From: an uncultured Solirubrobacterales bacterium
GTDB lineage: Bacteria; Actinomycetota; Thermoleophilia; Solirubrobacterales; 70-9
Reading direction: 5' to 3'
Assembly (NCBI GenBank): GCA_963744105.1
Contig: CAVUSJ010000010.1
Coordinates: 23,878 to 87,877 of the forward strand
Length of the DNA stretch: 64,000 nt
A program made the position numbers and the translations under genes. The notes under the pieces are model-generated. The model was not told the origin of the DNA and ran no database searches. It saw only the letters and a list, made by a program, of their open reading frames with translations. This document shows, one piece after another, positions 63,314-64,000 of this stretch (the first letter of the stretch is position 1; every line of letters begins with the position of its first letter).

Positions 63314-63610
63314 GTGATACTGGCCGGTATCGCTCAGCCAGACCACGACATCGTCAAGCGAGTCATCGAGACGTTCAACGAGGATGGCGTTGAGGCGGCT
63401 CTCGTCGGCTCGAACAGCTGGCCTACGAGGGGCATGACGGGATCCGAGAGGTGGCCGCGATGTGGAACGGGACCTTCGAGAACCTTCGCCTCGACCCACA
63501 GGAGTTCATCGACTGCGGTGCGGACGTTGTCTCTTCGCTCCGACAAGGGCTTACGCGTGCAGGTCTTCTCATGGGCGGAGGCTCGCGAAGACGCAGGGTT
63601 GACGAAGTAG
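63314..63610 (+). pseudogene. NTF2/SnoaL-like protein remnant with frame changes and an internal deletion
   Basis: Frame A reads 'DIVKRVIETFNEDGVEAAL'. Frame +1 reads 'YEGHDGIREVAAMWNGTFENLRLDPQEFIDCGADVVS'. Frame A again reads 'RVQVFSWAEAREDAGLTK*'. The usual ~30 residues between the last two pieces are missing. Confidence 0.5.
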
Positions 63611-63616
63611 CCCCTC

Positions 63617-64000
63617 ATGATCGAGGTCGATCGGCTGGCGGCCGGTGCCGAGGGGGAGTGGGACGAGTTCCTTCGCGGGCGGCTGGACGGGGTCCTCGGC
63701 CACTCGATCGCCTATCGCGACCTGCTGGCCTCGGCTCTCGCCTGCGAGCCGGAGTATCTGGTCGCCCGCGAGGGCGGCGAGATCCGCGGCGTCCTGCCGG
63801 TCATGTGGTCGGCGGACGCCGGCGGCCGGATCTGCAACTCGTTGCCGTACTACGGCAGCCCGGGCGGGCCGGTGAGCGCCGATTCGAGGGCCGCCCGAGC
63901 CCTGATCGACGCCTGGGACGAGCGCGCGTCGGATCCCGGGACGCTCGCCGCGACGATGATCGAGAACCCCTTCTCCGCCGGGGACTGGCCGGAGCCGCTG
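63617..64000 (+). CDS. FemAB/GNAT-like acyltransferase family protein, 5' part only (runs off the window)
   Basis: Hand-translated open frame from ATG 63617: 'MIEVDRLAAGAEGEWDEFL...GEIRGVLPVMWSADAGGRICNSLPYYGSPGG'. Uniformly high GC3. Not in the ORF track because it has no stop in the window. Confidence 0.5.
   Translation, partial: MIEVDRLAAGAEGEWDEFLRGRLDGVLGHSIAYRDLLASALACEPEYLVAREGGEIRGVLPVMWSADAGGRICNSLPYYGSPGGPVSADSRAARALIDAWDERASDPGTLAATMIENPFSAGDWPEPL

Overview
High-GC (about 70%) actinobacterial-type chromosomal segment. The lineage guess (Thermoleophilia or Rubrobacteria-like) rests only on composition and gene content. I call about 66 protein genes and one tRNA-Thr. I saw no rRNA, CRISPR array, transposase or integrase. 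There are three main blocks. (1) 6.2-12.9 kb is a metal (probably copper) locus. It holds DUF1326-DUF2182-DUF1326, csoR with a perfect CsoR-type operator, and a tightly coupled six-ORF operon: YHS-permease, small ORF, DUF4396, SAM-methyltransferase, SHOCT and a class III adenylate cyclase fused to YHS and 2TM domains. No canonical copA/copZ is present. This is my best candidate for an undescribed system. (2) Housekeeping genes: nrdR-nrdJ with NrdR boxes, topA-tmk-holB, a sensor kinase/response regulator pair, and tRNA-Thr followed by an HNH endonuclease gene with lower GC3. (3) 49-64 kb is a glycan-assembly cluster with six GT2 genes, an 817-aa polytopic GT-C-like protein, a nucleotide-sugar dehydrogenase, gmd, rmlC and two epimerase paralogs. 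At least five otherwise intact genes are split between reading frames, and two more lack a canonical start. This needs read-level checking before any pseudogene claim. Alternative start coordinates were derived by hand from the ORF track and may be off by a codon. Long Arg/Pro/Gly-rich antisense ORFs in the track were treated as high-GC shadow ORFs.
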